A stretch of DNA of 64,000 nt, from the NCBI GenBank assembly GCA_028023455.1, contig JAQFVV010000001.1:7192001-7256000 (forward strand). Direction: 5' to 3'. This document shows positions 51,216 to 63,089 of this stretch, one piece after another (positions within the stretch are counted from its first letter, which is position 1; each line of letters begins with the position of its first letter). Under the pieces are notes generated by a model. The model saw only the letters and a program-made list of their open reading frames with translations, was not told the origin of the DNA and did no database searches. Source of the DNA: Epiperipatus broadwayi (lineage: Eukaryota > Animalia > Onychophora). The position numbers were made by a program, and so were the translations under genes.

Positions 51216-52925
51216 GATATACACATTTTTTTTATTGTATCATTCCCTATAATTTATAAATTATTAAATAAAGAGAACAATTCAAGGTTGAATGTTTAAT
51301 AAAAGTATGTTATTTTGAATAAACCTGGAACAAATGAATTATTTATTAAATAATTAAAATTAAAAAAATATTTTTAATACCTGATTGACAACAATGCTTT
51401 ATTTATAAAAATCACATGTTCAAAAACTAGCATTTAAAAATATAGACTGTGTTGTTTATGTTATTATAGAAATAAAATGATTTTTAGAAAAAAAACATAC
51501 TTTTCTTCCCTAAAAGTTTGCAATTTTAACATTACCTTATCTTATAAATAAGTTTTGCACTAGTAGTAAACAAAATGGATTCTGAGTAGAAAGCCTAGAA
51601 AAGAGAAGAGCATGAAGCCCTCTTCATTTAATGTCCATGGTTTAAAAATGAAATGATTAACAACAAAATACTATGCTGACCACCATTGAATTTAAGGCTG
51701 CAAAATCTACTTATATTGTAATATTAACAAAAGAAAATAATTGGTAACATTTAAGGATTAGAAGATCTATGGAACTATTAAATATGTGTGTTAACATGAA
51801 GATGCCAAAGGAAATATTGCACCATCAAGTTTCTCAGGTAAGGTTTAGAATGAATCCAGGAAAAAATCTAACCCAATTTTTCCATCAAGTGTCAAAACTC
51901 TGGACCTTGATGGCATATCCACTATCTGAGGATCAAATTTTAAAGACCATCAGGTATAATTTACCTCAATGTGTTCAAATTCTTTTTACTGCCAATAGAA
52001 ACACTATCAAAGATGTGACAGATATACTAAATAATATTGATATGAAAGGATTACAGTAAGAATCTAAGGAAAAGAACATAATTAGAATAAAATGTGAAAA
52101 TACAAATAGATATAATTATTGCAGAATATTTGTATTGTTGATTTTGATATGTTTAAATAATTTTTTATATAAGACACCTACTTGTATATAAGTATTAATT
52201 TCATTATTATGGTGATATAATTTTGATTAACCATGATTTATTGATGAAATGTTTATTTTGTAATGATGAACTTATGTTAATAGTTTAGAATTGTTTTCTT
52301 TTTTTATTAAGAAGGGGAATATGTGGTTTACACATTTCTTCATTTTGTCATTTCCTATAGTTTATAAATTGCTAAATAAAGAGAACAATTTAAGGTTGAG
52401 TGTTTAATAAAAATATGTTTATTTTGTTTTGAATAAATCTGGAATAAATGTAATTATTTATTTATTAAAATTAAAAAAATTTTTTTTGTATCAATTGACA
52501 ACAATACTTTATTAAAATTAAAAGAAAGAAATCACATGTTCAAAAACTAGTGTTTAATATATAAACCATGTTAATATTACTATAAAGACAAATGATTTTC
52601 AGAAAAAAACATTCTTTCTCTTAAAAAGTTTTGTATTTTAACCTTATCTCATCTTATAAATAAGTTTTGGACTAGCAGTAAAAAATAGATTGTGAGTAGA
52701 ATGCCTAAAAAAAGGGGCATAAGATTCTCTTCATTTAATGTCCATGATTTAAAAGTGAAATGATTAACAACAAAATGCTATGCTGATTGCCATTGAATTT
52801 AAAGCTGTAAAATCTACTTATAATATTAGCAAAGGAAAATAATCAATAACATTTAGGGATTAAAAAGTCTATGGAATTATTACATATATGTGTGCTATCA
52901 TAAAGATGTCAAAGGAAGTATTCTA
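51216..52925 (+). mobile_element. LTR-retrotransposon relic with gag fragment, tandemly arranged
   Basis: Direct repeats of about 600 bp (about 51216-51810 and 52322-52925); PPT-like aagaaggggaa before TG at 52322; ORF 51769-52059 (YPLSEDQILKTIRYNLP..TIKDVTDIL) is gag-like. Confidence 0.6.
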
Positions 52926-55900
52926 AGATAAGAAAGCACAATTGAAGTTTTATATTCATTAACAGATTCTCAAAAAAATCACCTATCAACAACAATCAAA
53001 AGTAACATTTATAAATGTTTATAAAAATCTTCTAAACTAATAATATTAATTACCATGCAGTTTAAATTTATCATTTGATATCTTAATAATAATCAAGCAA
53101 AGTAAAAGATCAATTAGAACATAATATTATTTGCAAAATTTAATTTAAAATTATAAATAACTTTATGAAAATCTTACTATATTATTTTTTTAATAATTAT
53201 ATTATATTAAAATTTGTCCATATATTTCATTTTTACTTGTATTGAAATTTTTTTGACTATATGTATTATAATGGTCCTTGGAGGGTGAGTGTTCACGAGT
53301 CTTAATGTATCTGCACTACAGAGGGTGCCATCTAGGCCAATTGAATCTAGAAAATTTATATAGTAGGCAGATACGTAAGTTAAGATTCACATTTTACATG
53401 TTTTATTCAGACCATCAGCCCATGCCACTAGCTCAGTGGAGACACAGAGATAATAAAAAAATTCTTATCTAAAAACATTTTTAATATTAAAAAAAAAAAA
53501 TAGAAGTCACTGCCAGTAATAACACACACAAACATTTATTTAAACATATATAAGATTTAACATTATTTTTAGTATAACTTTTACTTTATCATTTAACTTA
53601 CATTTTAACTTGGTTTTTAGAATTTAATTTACATTTTAGCTCTTATAAGTTCACACAGATGGATTTATAAAAGTTTGTTTTATAATGTTGAGTATAGATC
53701 GGTTACATAGATTACACGGTTAAAAACATTTCAAAATAAACATAAACGATCAAAATATAAAGTCATTGATGGAATTGCAGAGGGAAATTTATAAGAAACC
53801 CAATGGCATTCATCATAAGATGCTGCATTGATACCAATAACTTATAAGACATCCGAATAACTACATTTTAGATACTCACTGTAAGGTATCATTATTTACC
53901 GAATGTCTATATATTTTGATCAAATATGAAAACCAAAAACATAATTAACCGATAACGAATCTATGCAAGCGTCTATTCCCAACTTAAATTTAATGCATTT
54001 AGAGTGTCGAGTATGAATAGACTACAAAGATTGCATTTGAAAAGAAAATATTTTATCCCTTATTTAACCTTAGGCCAAAAGTTCGCAGTTAAACCAACGT
54101 CAATCCATCTGATATATCGATGTATTCAATGTAATATGAATACGACAGCACAAATATAGGTTAAGAGAAGAAATTGACTCTCATCCAGATAGGAATACTA
54201 CATCTATCTGACGAGAAGAGCAATAAAAAAAACTCCATAGGAAGGGACTGCAGTCCTTTTTGCCGACTTATGATCTCATTCCATAGGCAAAAAAGGGTGT
54301 ACGGCATATACTAGTGATTCTGCCCATAGCAAACCTCGTACTACATCTACTAATTACACCAATATATCCAATCCATTGACCTAATTCAACTACGAAATGC
54401 ATAACCTAAGATTACCCTCCCCTAATAAAACTGCACAAATCTATATAGCCAATTACCTCTGACTTAAATTTAACATTTATATAATTTAGTTTAATAAAAA
54501 CAGAAATCATAATAAAAACTTAAAGAACAAAAAAAAATAAATAAATGAAAATGATTTTACAAAAAAAATACATCAAATAAAATTATAACTAATTTAGTCA
54601 GATAGGAAATTCTTCTATTTAAAATATTGAAAAGTTTAGCATTTAGAGTCCTTTTTGTTTAGAAATATTCATTAATTATATATTTCTTACTGTTTTGAAA
54701 AATGTCCATAGTCTCTGATTTCTTGTAATGGAAGGTGTTAATTCTCATGAAGTCATAAGGAGATTGGTGTGCAGTTAACCGTTGGTCCTTTATGGTTGAT
54801 GGTATTCTTCTGGGCCTTGATGTCCTGTGGTCCGCAATATTGGAAAATGATGTTTCATTTTTTTGAACGACTGAAGGAATTGAAAGTGCGTATTTCAATC
54901 CCTTCTCCTCCAGCCCTCTCCGACTTAACACATATCTGTCCTCTCTTAATAATCATTATTTTTTTATTTCCAAATCTTTCCTTTTATATTAATTTTGCAG
55001 ATTAACTAATATTACATCATGATGATGAAGACCCTTTCATTGAGGTCCAATTCCTAAGGGATTTCTTTTTATTTGCTATGTTTTTCTATCTGACCGTTGC
55101 TTATACATTTAAATGCCCAAGGGCTAGTTCACTTGGACTAATTAAAATAATCATTTCCATTTTTCAATAACATTAATTAATTTTTTTATCTTTAAATCTT
55201 TTAAGTCTTTTTCTTGAAAATTTAGTTTTAAAACTTTTTCTTTTTTTTAATAAAGTTTTTTTTTTTTTAATTTCTCATCTGTGCGATTTTATATATATTA
55301 GAGTTTAGATGATTTTTTAATTTTCAATTTTTAATTCTTAAAAAAGAAGTTTTTATTTACGAACTTTTATTTTTTCATGTTTAATAATAAAAAAATAATG
55401 TAACGGCGTATGTGCCCGTTACAGTATTGGTAATTTTAATTATAAAATGTCGCATTTAATTATATTATAGCAAGGGTAAACTAAATGAATTATTAATACA
55501 AATTATAGGTTGTTAATTGCTGTTATAAATTATTTATTCTAACCACCATATATAAATTAATGTTTATTTTATTAAATCTGTCTGTTATTAACATAGGTGT
55601 TTTGATTTTACTGCTGCATAAACCATTATACAACTATTTTATCTTATCCTATAGTATATTCTAGATGATATTTCACTATCCAACAAAACATTTAAAAATT
55701 ATTTTATTTTCCAATTAAGAGCATGCATACAGATTCATTGGCATGTTCTATAAATTTATGTGTCCATTGTATATGTAGATATAAAATAGAAAGTCATTTC
55801 TAATCAATTTATTTGTCTAGACATTATATTTTAAATTGCCTGAGTGTGACATATACTCAGCATATTTAGATTTTTCAGATATGTAATATACATGGAGAAA

Positions 55901-56214
55901 GCCATTTGGATCATAATTGTAATTATTCTAGGTAGTTGCCCAAATATGTGATCCATTTAGTTTGCAGGGCAACTAGAATTGCTCAGTTATAATGTTTTCA
56001 GTACATTTGGGTTACATAATCAGGGGATTTACTGATAGTCAGTTCCATTCATGATATTAGTTGTCTAGCGTGATGAGCAGTATATTATTTTATACTATCA
56101 TTTGTAAATTTTATTCATTATTAAAATAGTTTCCATTAGATTTAGCTCATCCATCAAGGCAATATTACTATTCATAACACAATGTTGCTTCATTAGCATT
56201 GTTTACAGATCATT

Positions 56215-56455
56215 ATTAATATTGTCATTTCAACATCGTAAATAGTAATTTAAAGTGAGAATTCTACTCACGCTCTCCTCAACAGTTCTTCAGATTTGCT
56301 CATATAAAAGAATTTGAGTCGTAGGAATAAGAGGATCCTTTTTATTCCTGCATAAATACTATATCTTGGATTGAAGAGGAAAGTATTCATTTATTTAACA
56401 CTCTCAAAAGGTGTGTGCTCAATTAGCTTGAAAGGCTGATATTTGAACGTAATAT
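56215..56455 (-). mobile_element. Dispersed copy of the 45967-46504 family
   Basis: Reverse complement matches about 46020-46250 (gatatagtatttatgcaggaataaaa..ttattccta..actcaaat..tatatgagcaaatctgaa; ttcaaatatcagcctttcaagctaattg). Confidence 0.8.
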
Positions 56456-57787
56456 TTATATATTGTAACTATATATTTAACCCTATGGGTTAAATATATT
56501 CTGTAATGTTTTAAAAAAATATTTTAAGTTTAAATTGTAATAAATAAATTTCCTTGTTGTTAAACTATATAAAATTTTAGCTAGATGTTTTAATTTATTA
56601 AGTAAAACAATTTATTCAACATGTTTGAATATTAATTACTTAAGAAATATTAACTAGCTTATTTAGTATTTATTTAAAAATCCAAAGTTAAATAGTTTAA
56701 ATCTGGATAAATGTTAGTTTGAAGCATGCTACGTTTTAGATAAATGCAATAAATAAAGCTGTTATTATTAATAAAATATGGTTATTTTATTTGTGTTAAA
56801 GTTTTTATTTGTTAGTTTTTAAAATAAATATCTTAAAAATAATAATTCATGAATTATTAGTATAATATCTATTTGAAGTTAGAATTTGAGACATTAAGCT
56901 TAAAGATAACTAATTGTGATAAGTTTTGTAATTAATTTAGCTTTATTGCTTTTAAAATATTGTTTATATCTGGTATACATGTGTGTATAGATATTTGTGC
57001 ATATATGTGAAAGATTGAAAGTTTTAAAAGGATTATTGAAAATAATATTTTATAAAAAGGGTACTTTAAACAATAACAATCTTAAGAGCTTTTAAATAGA
57101 ATGAAAAAGAGTGTAATTTTGAGTAAAAAATGTTTAGTTTAAAAGTAAGTAAATAATTTTATTAAAATTAAGTAAATGGCTTATTTAATAACTAAATGAA
57201 GTTAATAAAATTCATTGCATGGTAGCTATCAGTCTAGACATCAAGTATTTAGATAGTCTAGATTAGAAAAAGTTCAAGATCAAGTCAATTAAAAAAGATT
57301 AAAACTATGCTAATATTTAAAAGAACTCACCTTAATATTTCAATTGTATTGATTGAACTATATCATATGGCACATAGTGCAGTAAAATGCACACAAAGGT
57401 GTTCATAAAAAGGAAAAGATAGAAAATAAAAACCACTAATTTACTTCTAATTCACTATTTCATTATCTTCAAATTATCTTTTTTATTTAATCAGTTTAAA
57501 AGTTTTTTAGTTAATTTTTTTAATTATTTATTTTTATCAGTTTTGCATGTTTGAATAAAAAGCTAAAATTATCCTTGCAGTGCTACTCTACAGTATGTGT
57601 TTGGCTATTTATTAAATAATAATCATTGGAAGATATGAAAAATTACATTATTTTTCTAAAGAAAATTATAAAGTATTTTAAATAGAAATGTTATTGGAAA
57701 CTGAGTAAAGATCAAAATATGCATATATTTATTTTTATTCTATTATAGATTATAGTTAATTTGAACTTTTTGGCTATTAATTATTAC

Positions 57788-58631
57788 CAGTTCTTGTGAC
57801 TTACACCCAATGTGGCTGCTTGATGGTGTTGTTGTTTGCAAAAATAATGAAATGTAACATTACCAGGCTGATAATTTTTTGCTTTCTATTCTCTGACAAT
57901 TTTTAAAAGTATTTTTAAAAAAATTATGAACCAATATTATTTTCTAAATTACATTTTTTAATTATATTATACATTTCAGCATGTAGCACAAACCAAGCTT
58001 TCAGCTTGTAGCTGGAATGGAGTCGCCAATGGTTTTGATGATCCGAAGGATCGGCCAATACATGCACTACTCTGAGCAAACCAAGCTTTCAGCACCTAGT
58101 GCTGGAATGTGTGTGTGTGTGGGAGGATGGTTTTTCTAATCCAAAGGATCTTAGCAAACAAAGATTATGATTTCCAAAACAACATTCAACAACAACCATT
58201 TCATTACTCTCGTAGCCATTCTCCCAGAAGTATGCCTTTTCGTGTGACATGTGAAATGGTTCTGAGACATACCCTTTTGCAATTGATTTCACCTTCCAAG
58301 TTGTGTAGCAAAATGCACAACAGGCTTACAATTATTAGTATGTAATAGTACATCAGGTAAGGTGTAAGATCATTACTTCCAATGCACATAAAAACACTTA
58401 TGGCCAGTTGAATTCCAAACACCCTCACATTATACGGTAGTGATCTGTGAAATATGCACTATTTTTGTAGTGACACGAAGCACAGTATGCAACCCCATAG
58501 GTCTGCTAATGGCTAATGTGAACAGAACTGTTCTATAAGCTGTAATTTGGGCTGTGTAAACAGCATATTTCTGTGATTTTGCAGAGAACAATGCCATCAA
58601 GCAGGCACATTGGGCATAACTCACAACTACC
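57788..58631. mobile_element. Possible MITE-like unit with long imperfect terminal inverted repeats
   Basis: About 57790-57855 is inverted with about 58565-58628; ttattac flanks both sides (57781-57787 and 58632-58638). Confidence 0.45.
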
Positions 58632-59912
58632 TTATTACTCATAATATTTTATTGTATAAATTTCAAATTCATTATTAACACTAGTTCTAATTATTACTGA
58701 TGCTACTTATTACATTTTGACAAATGTATAACTTTAAAATAAATAACTTCTGCAACAATTTAATTAATGAAAGACAGTTGTCATTTGAAATAAGTTCGAA
58801 AATGGATGTATTCTTTTTCTATTAAGCCAAAAAAAATTGCAGTAAATAATTATTTCAAAATTATGGACAGCCTTAAAAATATGAAAATACAATAATTATA
58901 GACTACCTTCTATAATTTTAATGGTAGAAAATGTACTCCCAATCAACTTTATTAATAGCTTGGAAAAAACATTATACACTTGTTTTACTACCAATGCAGT
59001 TAAAATAAAATTGTATTTTCATCATAATTATTCATCTTCAAATAATTTATCAATTTATTTAATATCTATATTCATTGATTTTCTAAGGAAGAAATGAATT
59101 CAAATTTACTTTATGCTTTAATATTAACTAATAATATGTGAACTTTATTAATTGGTTAATATATCTGCTCTCAGCTCATTTCTCATCAAGTTTATATTTC
59201 TATGGCAAACATTGCTATAAAATAATTTCTATTCTGAATTGTTGTGTGTGTATTTATTTTATTTACTCTAATGAAAAATTATGTCATGGTATTTCCTCAA
59301 AGAAAATAACAAAAGGATTCAATTAAAAGAGATTAATTTCATAATAAAATGAAATAATTTTAATCCTTTAAATTTTTAAAATGGGTAAATAAAATATAGC
59401 ATATATCTTTTATATATTTGAAATTATTATTGGTATCATGAAATTATAATTTATGATCTATTCTTAATTATTATTTATGATGTTATAAAATGTATTTATG
59501 ATGGAACACATATACAAAATGGATTTGGTAAGAAATATCTTGGTAACCTCATTAAAATGAATTATCATACCCAGGATAGAACAGCCTTTTATATCTGATA
59601 TAAATGTTTATAAATGAAAGTGGTATGGAAGTAAGTGTGTGTGAATTTAGATAGCATATAAAATTTAATGTCTAATATCATTATGCAAATTATGGTGTGT
59701 CAATTTACACATAGTGTTAGACCGAATGTTTGTGTTCAGATGCTTATGAATGTGTGCGTGAGATGATTATTTATTTATTATTAAACTCATGCTTTGTGTG
59801 GTTATTAATTGGTACACTGCTTGAAGACTGATATCAATTTAGGCATTTTATGTGGATATTTTATTGCTTTTTATATGCATTAAGTCCCCCCATAAGTGAG
59901 AGCATGACTTAC

Positions 59913-59979
59913 TTATTTTCCAGCACTGCCTGTACATAGTTACCAGGTGCCTATTCATATTTTCCATCATCCACTTTGC
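59913..59979 (-). CDS. Candidate internal exon AKWMMENMNRHLVTMYRQCWKI, product unknown
   Basis: ctaacttgtag| acceptor and |gtaagt donor; only one of three frames is open; no partner exon found. Confidence 0.28.
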
Positions 59980-60370
59980 CTACAAGTTAGCATTAATGTG
60001 TATTTTAAATATCTTAGAATATTTTAAGACATGTCCATTTTGATAATTATGTTATTGGCTCTACTGCAATTTAAATTTAAAATGTATTGTTAGTATTGAG
60101 CATATTTATTTCTTCACCCCTCACATGTATTAGTAATATTGTACTAGGGTAATTATTTTGTATAATATTTTACTACCTTTAAAAATCCATAATAAATATA
60201 TTTCCATGCTTATTTTCAGACATCATTTTTGTAAAGTATTTAATACCAAAGTAGTATACTCTGTATGGGAATATGTGTGTTATTTTGCTCTTGTATATAA
60301 TATTGAAAATACAATATTAGATAAAACATGAGAACTTTGGGGGTAATAATAAATGCTTTTATTATAATTG

Positions 60371-60590
60371 TTGTAGGGATGCTTTGGAAAGAAATGTTTT
60401 ATTGTAAAATATACCACTATTTCTTTTCTATTAGACCAATGTGTTAGATTATAAGGAATATTTATTGTAAATAAAATATTGTAGGGATGCTTTGGAAAGA
60501 AATGTTTTATTGTAAAATATACCACTATTTCTTTCTATTAGTCCAATGTGTTAGATTATAAGGAATATTTATTGTAAATAAAATATTGTA
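60371..60590. repeat. Recent tandem duplication, period about 108 bp
   Basis: ttgtagggatgctttggaaagaaatg...aaataaaatatt occurs twice, nearly identical. Confidence 0.92.
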
Positions 60591-61527
60591 TTAAATATTA
60601 ACTTACTTTGTAAATAAATATTTGTTTGCTATTTATTAAATATGTTTCTGTTTTGTTGCCATTATTACATTCATTATTCAGAAAATCTAGTATAATAAAG
60701 CTTTATTATTCATTATTTTGTAAAGAGTACTTTTCAATGATCACATAAAATTTATTTATCTATTTTTGATTATTATTTAGTTCACCTGCACTACAATAAG
60801 AGAAATACTGTGTTTACTGTCCTTATTTTCAAATACATTTTTGTAAGGCAATCAATAGCATAAAATTTATCCTTTCTATCTGCTGCATGATTTCAAGTTC
60901 ATGTCAGAAAATATCAAAATTAGATATATTTATAGGTGGTAGAAATAAAGTGTTTGTATTTGAAGAACTTTAAGATATTATGAAAGTGTTTTATCTGCTA
61001 TCCATGTGTTATTTAAATGTTTAGACATTTATTATTGCATATTTGTATTTCTGTTTGCCTAAGACATGAGATGTCTAATGATAAAGTTATGAAAAAAAGA
61101 TAGAATATTAAATGTGTAACTTAAATAGTTATTATATTTTAAGAATGTTAATATATTTATTATTCATTAGCATTTTCTTGTGCTAAGTACATTTTTTGAA
61201 TCCTGAGATAGACATTTTCGAACCTGAGATTTAAAATTTTAAGAAGAATCTAAATTTAAATAAAGTAAAAACCTGAGATATGATTTCAAATTTTAAAAAG
61301 AACATAAGATAAACTTTTAAGTTGGAATAAGAACCTGATATTTTGGTACTGATAGATTAAACCCATAGATATATGGTGCGTGACTACATGACCTGTCATA
61401 TTTTCTACTCTTGTAAGGTATATATATATATTTCAACCATGTATAAAAACATTTAACAATAAATTTTTGATTGATCAAATAAATTCATATCTTTTAGCAA
61501 AAGCATTGTAGACAATCCTCCTGATGT

Positions 61528-61642
61528 ATGAAGGAGAACAAAGTTAAAGTGGTATCACTTTTTAGTATTATTTTAACTTTAAATGCATTATCATTTGCTG
61601 AAGCTGGAGGGCTATTTAATTTTATATTTAAAACAAACAATT
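61528..61642 (+). CDS. Candidate first coding exon with signal-peptide-like N-terminus
   Basis: MKENKVKVVSLFSIILTLNALSFAEA-GGLF: basic n-region, hydrophobic core and A-E-A motif; acceptor ttttag at 61497, upstream donor gtaagg at 61413, downstream donor gtaatg at 61643. Confidence 0.42.
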
Positions 61643-63089
61643 GTAATGAGTTAATCTCAAAAATACTACATCTAAATATTCAGCACTGTAAACTATTATT
61701 TGTTATATACTGTACCTTATATACATATGCACACCCATCTTGCAAATTATAACCATAGAAGTAAATTACAACATTTGAGTAATAATTAAAGCTAACTAAA
61801 TATTTTATGTGTACAGCATTTCAATGAGTTGTTTCTTATTTATAATTTTTAATAGGCATTCATTCTATCATTTTTATGCAGCTATTATTTATTTTTTAAA
61901 CTCTCTTGAAAAATAATGAATCCAAAGTTCACTACATTGTCTGGATAATAGCTGAGATGTTTTGCTTATATAGTAAATCTTTCATTAGGTCAATAATTGT
62001 GTTTTAGCATTTTCAGTTTGATGTTAATTTTATGTAGCACATGTTATTCAATGCTTATATTAAAAAAAGCTTTACTTTTCATGATCTTGGCTTGAATTTT
62101 AATTGTGTTAAACTCAATAAAAACAAAAGTTACAATCAGACACAGAATTTTTTGCAAGTAGATGGCTATTACCCAGCTAATCATATAATATTAGGTATCT
62201 ATTTATTCTTATCTAGAAGATAAAACAAGGATGGATAACCATTCAAAATTTCAGCACCTAAAAAGTGCCAATCTTAATAAGTACAATTTATCTATGAAAG
62301 GCTTTTGGAACAAACTTTGCACTCAGCAACTTAAAGCCTATTTAATATTTAACACTATTTGTGTAAATTGTATTTGATATTTTTTAAAATACAAAAGTAA
62401 ACTTATTTGTCACTTATATTTTATAAATTTTATTTATCAGTATTGTTATTATTAGCTATGTTCCCTTATAACATTAAAGCATTTGATAGAAGTAATTTAA
62501 CAATGATGATGATGATAATCTATATGTAATGATATTGCAATAGTATAGGTTTTGAGGATATATTTTTCTCATTTTACTTTGAATCACTTGAAATGGTACA
62601 TGTTAATCTAACAGTTTGATATTTAATTTACTTTTATGACAAAATTTTTGAAATACTAGAATGAATATTCATAACAATATGAATTGCATTGTGGAGTTTA
62701 TCTTAGTAGTAAAATGATAAATTTAAGTTCTAACAGTTTCTTGATCAAACATCAATCTATTACTTTTAATATTTGATACATCAAACAACTAATCACTGAT
62801 TTTTATCCTGTGTGGTTTAATGCAGGTGGTAAAATGATGAATTTAAAATCTAAAAATTCCTGGATCAAAGATTAATCTATCACTATGGATGCAAACACTT
62901 GACTTCAAGCAACAAATCACTGACTTATAAATGAAAAAAATATATATTTGTGTATTATTGAAGTATTATTAAAAGTTGTAATTTTTAGTGTTTATTTATT
63001 ATATTAATAATTTTACTAATATTTATCTTAACTGAATTAAATTTGTAATAATTTTAGGTTTTTATTTTTATTTTCTATTCACTAACAAT

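Noticed and set aside
53271-53460. Micro-gene from donors gtgagt (53285) and gtaagt (53375)
   Set aside because: It needs a 36-nt intron or yields only an 18-aa peptide.
54207-54240. CTGACGA at 54208 as a hammerhead
   Set aside because: No GAAA after a stem, and the CTG is sequestered in the upstream hairpin.
54402-54409. TAACCTAA as a telomerase RNA template for TTAGG repeats
   Set aside because: An 8-mer of this composition is expected several times by chance in AT-rich DNA (another is near 13722); no promoter or pseudoknot evidence.
54174-55000. Selenoprotein: in-frame TGA on the minus strand plus a downstream hairpin as SECIS
   Set aside because: The hairpin lacks the RUGA/GA quartet and apical AA on either strand, and the frame has no recognisable homology.
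55892-55931. MEKAIWIIIVIIL as a signal-peptide exon
   Set aside because: Weak donor gtagtt, the nearest acceptor gives a 36-nt intron, and AT-rich codons give hydrophobic runs by chance.
57989-58170. CRISPR array
   Set aside because: Only two full units, spacers share homology, eukaryotic context and no cas genes.
59477-59607. C/D-box snoRNA (ATGATG...CTGA with a short A/T stem)
   Set aside because: Incomplete C box, an all-AT stem and no rRNA guide that I can recognise.
60280-60525. ORF with an internal peptide repeat
   Set aside because: It is explained by the 108-bp DNA tandem duplication; no splice or homology support.
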